Positions 13,159 to 21,661 of a stretch of DNA of 39,420 bases are shown one piece after another. The DNA comes from Cyanophora paradoxa CCMP329. Its lineage: Eukaryota; Plantae; Glaucophyta. The DNA is taken from the NCBI GenBank assembly GCA_004431415.1, contig QPMI01000025.1:1-39420 (forward strand). The letters are read 5' to 3'. The notes below the pieces were generated by a model, which saw nothing but the letters and a program-made list of their open reading frames with translations, was not told the origin of the DNA and made no database searches. The position numbers were made by a program, and so were the translations under genes. How positions within the stretch are numbered: position 1 is the first letter of the stretch; each line of letters starts with the position of its first letter.

Positions 13159-13359
13159 AAGTGAACAGTTAAGGAGACAACTATTGTAATAGTGGACTGC
13201 AACAACAATTGAAAACAAGATCTGTGGGAAAGCTATTGAAAGACAATGAAGCAAATTGCGAACAATTAAGTGAACAGTTAAGTGGACACCTGTTGGGAGC
13301 AGGCAGTGTCTACTCGTTTATCGTGAAACGGTGTCCACTTAACTGTTCATTTAACTGTT
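13159..13359. repeat. Subterminal AAGTGAACAGTT repeats with a 30-bp inverted repeat
   Basis: 13261-13290 (AACAATTAAGTGAACAGTTAAGTGGACACC) versus 13330-13359 is a reverse complement with 2 mismatches and a 39-bp spacer. A further direct copy lies near 13159. Confidence 0.8.
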
Positions 13360-13530
13360 GACGAAAACCCATGCATTATGACATCATATCATTAAACCCC
13401 ATACAAAACACTAAAATGCATGTATCTCTTCACCAACTCATCATCTTACAAAGATAAAAACAGATTCGGAATCCTCTTAACGAGACCAGCGTGACTATGT
13501 AAGTATCATAGGCTCAATAATTCATATGTT

Positions 13531-14420
13531 AATAAGCATCTCCCCTTCATTCCCCCTATTATATAATATTTATATTAAAGTGGACTCAAGGTTGACTCAT
13601 ATTAATCGTAAAAGTAGTAAAAGTATATGGATTTTGTTACGAATTCAATGCAAGGGTTGACTAAGTGGGTTGAGTTGACTCAAATTTCACAGAAAATATT
13701 TGGGACCTAAAGTTTTCTAAAAAGGATTTCAAAAAATGTGTCAACTCCCCCCACTTAGTCAACCCTGACCATAAACAGTAAGGATTTGAGCTAACATGTA
13801 TCACAAAGTGAACATTTTGAGTCCACTTAGAAGATCCACCTAACAATTTAGAGTCAAATTTACTTGGGAATTCGATTTGTATGAAAAAGTGAGTCCACCC
13901 TGACCATATTCAATAAGCATTCCTCTTAATCCCCTTGTTTATATTTACATTGATTAATATTTAATACTAAGTGGACTCATGGTTGATTCATATTAATCGT
14001 AAAAGGAGTAAATGTATATAAAAATGTGACCATTTCAATGCTAAGGTTGACTAAGTGGGTTGAGTTGACTCAAATTTCAGAGGAAATTTTGAGATCCAAA
14101 GAATATTCTATAAAAGATTTTGAAAAATGTGTCAACTCCCCCCACTTAGTCAACCCTGACCATATACAGTAAGCATAAGAACTTAAATGTATCACAAAGT
14201 GAACATTATGAGTCCACTTAGAAGATCCAATTTTGAAATATAAGTTGATTTTGCTTGAAATTTCAAAGTTGATCTAAAAGTGAGTCCACCCTGATTGATT
14301 ATGGTAACAAAGTTGACTAAGTTGACTAAATTGAGTCATCTTAAGAAATTCAAGGAGACTAAGAGTTCAAAATGTTTATGAAAAGTGAGTCAACTTAGAC
14401 CACTTATGGTAACAAAGTTA
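13531..14420. repeat. Two diverged ~390-bp tandem units (13531-13903, 13912-14294) plus a degenerate tail, each containing the GTTGACT iteron/IR module
   Basis: GGTTGACTAAGTGGGTTGAGTTGACTCAAATTTCA occurs at 13655 and 14045. GTCAACTCCCCCCACTTAGTCAACCCTGACCATA occurs in both units. Offset is 390-391 bp. Confidence 0.9.
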
Positions 14421-14455
14421 AATATTTAATTGATTTAATAGGAAAAGAACATGAT

Positions 14456-14682
14456 TTAATCGAATTTATTGATATAATTCCGATTAGATTCATTTAGGAT
14501 TCAATTAAGATTAATCGAAGTTATAGATATAATTCCGATTAACTACAATTAAGATACAATATCGATTAATCGAGTTTATCGATATAAAATCGATTAAATT
14601 AATTGAAAATGCATTTAAAAATATGAAAATTCATGTGAAAATTCAAATAAATTAATCGATTTTATTGATATAACATCGAATC
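14456..14682. repeat. AT-rich quasi-palindromic 31-bp motif, three copies at 55-bp period plus a fourth abutting the hairpin
   Basis: TTAATCGA.TTTAT.GATATAA..(T/C)CGATTA-like copies start at 14456, 14511, 14566 and 14652. Confidence 0.8.
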
Positions 14683-14755
14683 ACACATATGAATATTCAT
14701 ATTTTAATCCTGAGGCGGAACGCCGAGGGATTAAAATATGAATATTCATATGTGT
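14683..14755 (+). other. Terminal fold-back hairpin of element 1 (28-bp perfect arms, GGCG-GAA-CGCC cap)
   Basis: ACACATATGAATATTCATATTTTAATCC (14683-14710) + TGAGGCGGAACGCCGAG + exact reverse complement (14728-14755). Confidence 0.92.
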
Positions 14756-16419
14756 CCTGTCCAGATGTGGAAGCGCTGGTCTTTGTTGCCCTTCCCAGAG
14801 AGGGCACCTGCCAATGTCCTCACAAGGAATTTGCCAGTCTCTTGATCTTTGAATGGCTCATACACGATTTTCTTGATTTCTTCCATGACATTCCCATCAA
14901 TCATAGGGGCATATGGATAGCCACAAGTCCTACTGACATACTCATCAGCTTTGGCTGGGCGAAAGACCTTATTTTGAAGGTCATAGACTCCATTGGTAAA
15001 CCCAATCAGCTCCTTAGATTCATCCATACTGGCAGCTATTTCAGTGTCAGCAAAGTGAGCCTTGGCCTCTTTGATGATGGAATCTTTGAATCCACATTTC
15101 AGGAGCTGTTTGGAAATTTCAAGGCATTTCTTGGCATTCTCCTCATACTTTGAGCTTTCATCTGGATCAGCAGCAGCTGAACGAGTGTTTTCCATTGCCT
15201 CCTTCATAAAAAGCTTCATGACATCAGTGGAAAGCACTTTGCGCAGTGTATGGGGTTCCTTTTCAGCTCTCCACAGTCCAGTGAGCTTATTCCTGACAAA
15301 CCAGATGTCTTTTTGATTGGCATCATAGCGGAATTGGTCTTTTTGTGTGTGGTACAGGACTTCAGCCACATTGTAATGACCCCCATTTGAAGCAATGGCA
15401 TTTTTAATGGCCTGCTTGAGGTCTCCCTTATTGGTAAACAGCTGAATATATAGATCCAGATTATCAGCTTTGAGCCAATAGACAAGAGAAGCATATGCCA
15501 ATGGCTTTACTGAGCTACCTTTTTGGAAGCTCTGCCAAGCCTTGTCACACGCCTCAGCCCTATACTTGCTGCTCTGTTGGCTGAATTTGTGCCAGATGGC
15601 CAGTACTTTGTCCTCAGGCATTTTCTTGTCTTTCATAGTGCTTGTCAGGGCCAAGCCAACATTAATCCAGTCAGCATAGCCATCAGCTCGTTTTTCACTG
15701 AGTCCCATCACAAGCTTTTCTAGCTCTTCAGTGGTGATGATTTCGCTGGAATAATCATTATTTTTGGGCAGCTGCTGGGCAGGCTCCTCCTTCTCTGGAA
15801 GAGTGAGCAGGGCCTCCTTGCCAGTGAGAAGCTGGACAAAGAAATCAGTGTCCTCATGGGATGTTAGCTTGGTGAACACAGTGTTCCAGCATGGTTCCTC
15901 ATAGGTGCTGCTCTTGTCAGCAAGAGCCTTCTCTTTACAGCACCCAAGGCACACAAGCGCCCTGTTGTTGTTGTAAACAGATGGATCATAGTCCTCATGA
16001 GGCTTGAGCCCAGCCCTCTCAAGGAAAACAGGGAAATCCCTGTAGATGCCATGAAGGGTGGTACATACCATGTGGGCACTCACTTTGTAGCATGGATCCT
16101 GTGTGTCTTTTTTTATCAGCAGCCTTGATCTGGTGGAGATGGCAATGGTGCTGATGTGGACACCAAGTGCCTTGGCCAGCTTTTCAGCCTTGGAGTTAAT
16201 TAGCCCAAGTCCCTCATCATCAACCTCATCAACAGGCAGAACCTGTTCGAAATCAATGTAGAGCTTGGTGAATTTATGGCCACTCAAGTACTCAGCCATG
16301 TGCTTGTTGCCTGAGGCAATCAATTTGAGTGCCTCAGTGACCCTGATGGTCACAGTGCTGGCTTCGCGACTGCCAATGATGCTTGTTAGGAAGGTGCCAA
16401 TGATGCTGGTGGATGCCAT
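14756..16419 (-). pseudogene. AEP primase - PriCT-2 - D5_N - SF3 helicase, truncated at the start of Walker A
   Basis: AEP motifs KLYIDFE, KVSAHM and YDPSVY. PriCT-2 YADWINVG..WHKFSQQSSKY. D5_N LIGFTNGVYDL..FRP. Reading stops at FHIWTG, where G.G.NGK is expected. The final HI* codons come from the element-1 hairpin. Confidence 0.88.
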
Positions 16420-16533
16420 TCTACTATAGGGTGAGATAATTATTTCAGTGAACTATACCCTTAAGTACTTTTCGAAAAAAGGAGTAACTCAAATCAATTT
16501 TTCGGACCCCCCTCCCCCCTGCCCCCTGCCCCC

Positions 16534-16725
16534 TCACACATAGGGATCCCGCTTTCTCGGCCGCCCCCTCCTGTCTGGGGTCGCCTCCTCAAACAGATAC
16601 CTGATACACAGGAGAGCCCCAGCCTTGTATGTGCTGACCCTCACGTATGTTTTGTGGAGCTCGCGAAACTCTGGATCGTTTTGAATCCTGCGCTTGATGT
16701 ACCTCATTTGCTTGGTGTACGCCAT
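16534..16725 (-). CDS. 63-aa basic protein with AT-hook (RRGRPRK)
   Basis: MAYTKQMRYIKRRIQNDPEFRELHK...RRGRPRKRDPYV. AT-rich leader upstream of ATG 16725. Confidence 0.55.
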   Translation of the reverse strand: MAYTKQMRYIKRRIQNDPEFRELHKTYVRVSTYKAGALLCIRYLFEEATPDRRGRPRKRDPYV

Positions 16726-16834
16726 TGCTGGATGTGTTCCTCTTATAGTATAGTTGAGATTTCTTTTTAAATAGGGATCGCGGGGTTTATTCTCATTGAG
16801 CGCTGCGAATTTTCCACAATATACCCATTTAAAG

Positions 16835-16850
16835 ATTATTTTCGTACCTA
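16835..16850 (+). promoter_or_regulatory. Candidate element promoter motif ATTATTTTCGTAYCTA
   Basis: Followed by TATATAAG and ATG 16874. Matches 4333-4348. Confidence 0.5.
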
Positions 16851-16873
16851 TATATAAGTACAACCCCCCAACC

Positions 16874-19800
16874 ATGCCCCGCCCCAGCCACTACCAAATT
16901 AAGGAGCTCCAGGACAAGATTCTCGGGAATCTTGCGTTCCTACTGGCCAATCACTCCATCAGTGAAAGCGAATATGAATCATACATAAGCCAAACCAACA
17001 AGAAGCTCAAGGGGCTTCAAGCTCTCAATCGAGAGCTATTAGGGAAAATCGACGCCCTTGATGAGACTGATCGCCTTGGCCACATTCAAGTCGAACAAAC
17101 AACCACAACTCAAGTCAGAGGAGATGAATACACTACCTTAATAAATGAGCATCGTGCTCTAAATAATAAATACATCGATTTCACAATCAGGGCTCAGCAC
17201 CAGATCCTGACCACTCAAGAGTTTATAGACACCTACTCTGAGGAACTCCACACAAGGCTCCAAGATGCCATCAATTCACAGATGTCGATTAAAACTCGCT
17301 TTACATTTGTCTGTCGCTTTTCGAAGGCCAATAATTCGAGAGATTTCATAACGAAACATATCTACAGCAGCTATGCCATAATGACAAGATCTCGAATCCT
17401 CACAAAAGAGACTGCTAAACTTGCCAAGGAATGCCAGTCGCAAATTAATGTCACAGATAGCTACAGATTAGAGAGCATCCAAGCCCTCAGGGTCATTGTT
17501 CTCTCCTTTAAACCCATCTCAGGAGGTGCTTTTATCCCACTCCCAGAGTGGCTAAAAAATAAACGAGCTATTGTCAATGTCAATAACAAGGACAATAGAT
17601 GCTTTGAGTATGCTATCCTTTCTTATATTCACAAGGACGAAGTAAATAGCCACAAGCGCAATGAGACTTCCCAATACAGGAGGTGGTTCAAAAAAGAACT
17701 GAATTTCGAGGGCATTGAGTTTCCTGTAAAGGCAGATGCTGATACTATTGATCTCTTTGAAAATCTCAATCCAGCGATCTCTATTAATATTTACGACCCC
17801 TCTAACTCTACAGAAGAAATTAATCTACTCCACAACAGCTCCTCAAGGAACAGGAAACACCAAGTGGATCTGCTGCTAATTACAGACGAAAATGGTAACA
17901 GTCATTATACCACAATATTCAGCATGTCCAGAGTCTTAGCTAAAAATGATAAGCAGCGACTCCATTTCTGTAAAACCTGTTCCAACCACTTCAAGACTGA
18001 GGAGAAGCTTCAATCCCACATTCAAAGCAAACGTTGTGTGGATTGGAAGACAAGTGCTGGAGAGACCCCAAAACAACCCACATTCATTGAATTTGGTCTT
18101 AAACATCTCTCAAAGACTGTATTCCTCCCCGTGATTGCCTATTGCTATTTCGATTATGAAACAGATATTTCTGGTATGTTCAAGATCAAATCAATCTCAC
18201 TGACAGCTCTTCATAATAATAGAGTAGTACTCACTAAAACCCCCTCCAACATCTTTGAGCTCCTGAGTACCCTCGACAGCACAGCCCCAGAGCTATTCAA
18301 AGCCCTATTTACCAACATCCCAATGTCACTGACCAAAGAGCAGAAACGTACCCATTACCTTGCTAAAACCTGCTACATCTGCCAAGGTGATTTCACCCAA
18401 GACAATTATAAAGTGAGGGATCACGACCACCAAACTGGCGATTTTGTAGGCACTGCTTGTCGCAAATGTAATCTCCACAGACGCACCAGCAATCTCACCA
18501 AGATTCCCATAGTGACCAATGATCTGTCCCTATCTGGAACGCAGATATTCAAGGCAGTCGCCTTAAATCCCGAAAAAAGGGTGGAAGTCCTCGCGAAATC
18601 GTTTGACAACTACATGTCGATCACTTGGGGTTGCTTTAAATTCATTGACATCAAAAACTTTATTGATTATGGCGTCCAGAATGTCAATGACCTTCAAGAA
18701 AAGTTCCAGCTTTTCCGCCAGAAATCACACAAAACTTTTGGGATGGATGCTGCCCACTATGTCTCAAGTCCAGGGCTTTCGTGGGACAGCATGCTATCGA
18801 TTACCAAGCCCAAAATCGAACTCCTCTCCAACCTTGATATGTACAACATGGTTGAAGGCATGATCAGGGGAGGCCTTTCGATTATGAATCATAAATATGC
18901 CAAAAAGGAAAGGGACAGCCACATTATATATTTGGATGCCAATAACCTATATGGTTATGCCCTGTCCCAAAAGCTACCCCTCTCGAATTTCCAATGGCAC
19001 CCAGAACCCTCAAATTACGACCTGTCATCAGCAGAGGGGGCCATCTTAGAAGTTGACATCCATTATCCCCAGCACCTCCATCAACTCCACAAAGAACTGC
19101 CTCTTGTCATCAAGAGAACAGAAGATGGGCTACAAGCAGCCTGCGAAGACATATCCAACTTTGTGGTGTCGAAACCTTTGCTCCAATTCATGGTAGCGCA
19201 AGGCTTAAAGGTCACCAAAATCCACAGGGTGCTAACATTTACACAGGCTGCCTTTATGAAGCCCTACGTCGAATCCAATGCCCAAAACCGCAGAGCAGCC
19301 CCTTCCAAACCCGAAAAGGACTTCTTTAAAATCATGAACAATAGCCTTTTCGGCAAAACCATTGAGAAAGTGAGAGGAAGGTCTAATGTCAAGATTGCCA
19401 CCAACGAAAAGCAATTTATGAAATACGCCAGATCGCCCCTACTCAAAGCAGAAACAAGACTAAGCGATTCAGCAGTAGCCTTCGAAATGCTACAAAAAGA
19501 TGTCAAGTTAGATAAGCCCATAGCAATTGGGGCAGTTGTTTTAGATCTTGCCAAGCTGCGCCTATTTGATTATTATTATAACACCATCAAGCGGAAATGG
19601 CCAGACTGTAAACTGCTTTTTACTGATACAGATTCGCTTTGCCTTCAAATAAATTCGAAAACTATAGCAAAAGACCTACAAGACATTGATACCCACCCCA
19701 CAGAGCTTGGCAAGTTCAAAGATGAGTTTGAGGGCAGAACCATTACTGAATATGCTGGGGTAAGGCCGAAATGTTACAGCATTAAAACAGGTGATGAGGA

Positions 19801-19969
19801 AATAAAAAAACTGGCAGGTGTTTGTAAGGAGACCATTCAAACAGATCTGTCTTTCCAAGATTATAAAGACCATGTGCTCCACCAAAAACCCAAGCAAATC
19901 GAAATGACTGTCCAAAAGAAGCTTGAAAATGAGACCTACAATGTGAAGATGTCAAAGATTGCTTTCTAA
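16874..19969 (+). CDS. Protein-primed family B DNA polymerase (uninterrupted), OTU-like/Zn-finger/EndoVII-like modules, degenerate exonuclease
   Basis: Start MPRP.. at 16874 aligns with element-1 MPRI... Motifs: NVNNKDNRCF, SHY, CKTC..H, CYIC..DHDH..ACRKCN, IRGG, DANNLYG, KIMNNSLFGK, TDTDS, RPKCYS. Confidence 0.93.
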   Translation: MPRPSHYQIKELQDKILGNLAFLLANHSISESEYESYISQTNKKLKGLQALNRELLGKIDALDETDRLGHIQVEQTTTTQVRGDEYTTLINEHRALNNKYIDFTIRAQHQILTTQEFIDTYSEELHTRLQDAINSQMSIKTRFTFVCRFSKANNSRDFITKHIYSSYAIMTRSRILTKETAKLAKECQSQINVTDSYRLESIQALRVIVLSFKPISGGAFIPLPEWLKNKRAIVNVNNKDNRCFEYAILSYIHKDEVNSHKRNETSQYRRWFKKELNFEGIEFPVKADADTIDLFENLNPAISINIYDPSNSTEEINLLHNSSSRNRKHQVDLLLITDENGNSHYTTIFSMSRVLAKNDKQRLHFCKTCSNHFKTEEKLQSHIQSKRCVDWKTSAGETPKQPTFIEFGLKHLSKTVFLPVIAYCYFDYETDISGMFKIKSISLTALHNNRVVLTKTPSNIFELLSTLDSTAPELFKALFTNIPMSLTKEQKRTHYLAKTCYICQGDFTQDNYKVRDHDHQTGDFVGTACRKCNLHRRTSNLTKIPIVTNDLSLSGTQIFKAVALNPEKRVEVLAKSFDNYMSITWGCFKFIDIKNFIDYGVQNVNDLQEKFQLFRQKSHKTFGMDAAHYVSSPGLSWDSMLSITKPKIELLSNLDMYNMVEGMIRGGLSIMNHKYAKKERDSHIIYLDANNLYGYALSQKLPLSNFQWHPEPSNYDLSSAEGAILEVDIHYPQHLHQLHKELPLVIKRTEDGLQAACEDISNFVVSKPLLQFMVAQGLKVTKIHRVLTFTQAAFMKPYVESNAQNRRAAPSKPEKDFFKIMNNSLFGKTIEKVRGRSNVKIATNEKQFMKYARSPLLKAETRLSDSAVAFEMLQKDVKLDKPIAIGAVVLDLAKLRLFDYYYNTIKRKWPDCKLLFTDTDSLCLQINSKTIAKDLQDIDTHPTELGKFKDEFEGRTITEYAGVRPKCYSIKTGDEEIKKLAGVCKETIQTDLSFQDYKDHVLHQKPKQIEMTVQKKLENETYNVKMSKIAF

Positions 19970-19980
19970 TCCCAATATAG

Positions 19981-21351
19981 ATGTCATCAAAGATCACACG
20001 CAGACAAACAGAGTACGATGTGAGTATATTGCCAATCCCAATCCCTCAAGAGGAGAGATGGGGTCGCATTCAGAAAAAGAGTGACCTCAAAGCTTTAGTT
20101 CCTGCGGATATCCCAACTGCCATTGCTGTGCCTCACTTGGATCCCTTAGCAAGGACATTCTATGACACCAAGGTAGGATTTAAAGGCCTGGCTTCATTGG
20201 CCAAAGAGCTTCCAGATGTGCCAAGAAAGACAATCCGTAGATTCTATGATGCCCAAGAAATCAACCAAATAAATAAACCCCTCCCATCTGCCAAGAAGAC
20301 TGCCTATATCCCAATAAGACAGCCACTCGATACATTCGCTATTGATTTAGTCTTCTTTCCCTCATATAGCAAACAGAATCAAGGCTACAACACGTTCCTC
20401 ACAGCTGTAGAAAACACCACCAGACTGGGATTTATAATTCCAATGAGGGGCAAGACAGCAGAAGTCACACTGGAAGCATTTAAGGAGCTTGAGCGACAGG
20501 TTCCACGTCCAATTGTGAAGATACAAAGTGATGCTGGGAGCGAATTCCTGAACAAGGCATTTAAGGACCACTTAGAAGCCCAGATGATTGAGCACCAAGT
20601 ATCACAGGTTGGAGATCACAATAGCCAAGGCCGAATAGAGGCCTTTAATCGCACAATAAAGAAGCTAATTAACTCATATTGTATAGCGAATAACACTGTA
20701 AAGTTTTTCGACAAGCTCCAAGATTTTGCCTACAACTACAATAATACCATCCACTCAGCAACAGGGATGAAACCAGCAGAGACCACAGAGGTACATGTTC
20801 CCCTCATACTCGCAAAAGAAAACGAGAAATTCATGAAGTCAATTGAATATCTAAAGGACTATCCAGCGGGAACCCACGTGAGAACTAAAATAGAGAAGGG
20901 TCCATTCGCCAAGCAGGGCAATAATTGGAGCCGCGAAATATTTACAATAGAAGGAGTGGAGGGGTTCAAGTTTAGATTGAGGGACATTGCCGGAAAAATG
21001 ATTGATCGACTTTATGCCCACTACGAATTACAGAAAGTGGAAGCCGTGGAGTTCTTGGAAGCCCCATCAATAAATGTCATTGAAGAGGCAAAGAAAGAGG
21101 CCAGAACAGAGCGACTGTTGGCCAGAGAGGGGATTGAGAGGGCTCCAAATGTGCCAGATAAACCATTATTGGAGGACAGAGCAGGGAAGAAGAAGAAACA
21201 GGGGAGAGAGTTGGAGAGATTGAGGGTGGCGGGAACAGAGAGATTAGCAGGGGGGGCAGAGGCAGTAAGGTGGTATAGAGATTTCTCGAATTCAAAGGAG
21301 ACCTATGAAGCTCCAGCAATTTCCACGAGATCAAGGAGGAGGGCAGGATGA
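19981..21351 (+). CDS. RVE (DDE) integrase, Polinton type, intact
   Basis: AIDLVF / QSDAGSEF / IEAFNRTIK triad, YNNTIHSATGMKP and SH3-like C-terminal region. Full-length homologue of 11398-12782. Confidence 0.93.
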   Translation: MSSKITRRQTEYDVSILPIPIPQEERWGRIQKKSDLKALVPADIPTAIAVPHLDPLARTFYDTKVGFKGLASLAKELPDVPRKTIRRFYDAQEINQINKPLPSAKKTAYIPIRQPLDTFAIDLVFFPSYSKQNQGYNTFLTAVENTTRLGFIIPMRGKTAEVTLEAFKELERQVPRPIVKIQSDAGSEFLNKAFKDHLEAQMIEHQVSQVGDHNSQGRIEAFNRTIKKLINSYCIANNTVKFFDKLQDFAYNYNNTIHSATGMKPAETTEVHVPLILAKENEKFMKSIEYLKDYPAGTHVRTKIEKGPFAKQGNNWSREIFTIEGVEGFKFRLRDIAGKMIDRLYAHYELQKVEAVEFLEAPSINVIEEAKKEARTERLLAREGIERAPNVPDKPLLEDRAGKKKKQGRELERLRVAGTERLAGGAEAVRWYRDFSNSKETYEAPAISTRSRRRAG

Positions 21352-21357
21352 GACATC

Positions 21358-21540
21358 TGTAAAGGTTGTTAAGGGTTGTTAAGATTGTAAAGGGTGTAAA
21401 GGGTGTAAAGAGTGTAACGGGTGAACGGGGTGAACGGGGTGAACGGGGTGAACGGGGTGAACGGGTTGTTTGTATAAATTCCCGTGAGAAGGCATTTTCC
21501 TAAGAAAATATACAAAGAACCCGTTCACCCCATTCACCCT
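21358..21540. repeat. 9-bp tandem iterons (TGTAAAGGG-type grading into five GTGAACGGG) plus 23-bp inverted repeat
   Basis: GTGAACGGG x5 at 21421-21465. 21454-21476 versus 21509-21531 is a reverse complement with 1 mismatch and a 32-bp spacer. Confidence 0.88.
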
Positions 21541-21661
21541 GCTGGTGCCAAACTCATGTGTTCAATACCCCAGAGGGGGCCAACATACTGGTGCCAAAAA
21601 GACAAGATTAATACCCTAAGACCTGAAATAAATGCTTACTACCCTAGTACCTGAAACGCGC

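Larger units (their letters stand above)
1..14755 (+). mobile_element. Polinton/Maverick-like endogenous virus, element 1 (left end outside window; right end at terminal hairpin)
   Basis: Co-oriented penton, MCP, A32 ATPase, primase-helicase, GIY-YIG, pPolB and RVE integrase genes. AT-rich and intronless. Ends in TATGTGT at 14755, exactly where the element-2 helicase ORF is cut. Its subterminal GTTGACT module matches its own internal module at 7509-7689. Confidence 0.85.

Noticed and set aside
14456-14682. CRISPR-like appearance (31-bp quasi-palindromic repeats with 24-bp spacers)
   Set aside because: The repeats are degenerate, the spacers resemble each other (CAATTAAGA), there are no cas genes and the context is eukaryotic. 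It is a 55-bp tandem repeat.
14683-14755. Hairpins as transcription terminators, tRNA or Helitron 3' ends
   Set aside because: There is no U-tract, cloverleaf or CTRR terminus, and no HUH Rep gene is visible. Position at element junctions fits a DNA terminus better.
14689-15723. Plus-strand ORFs opposite the element-2 primase, and similar antisense ORFs in element genes
   Set aside because: They are shadow ORFs of real genes with no motifs.
16796-16873. ORF-track start of element-2 pPolB at 16796
   Set aside because: It is a non-ATG start. Homology with element 1 begins at MPR (16874) and the extra region holds the promoter-like motif.
21600-21660. ACCCTA motifs as telomeric repeats
   Set aside because: There are only two separated copies, within a 17-bp direct repeat, not a tandem telomere array.
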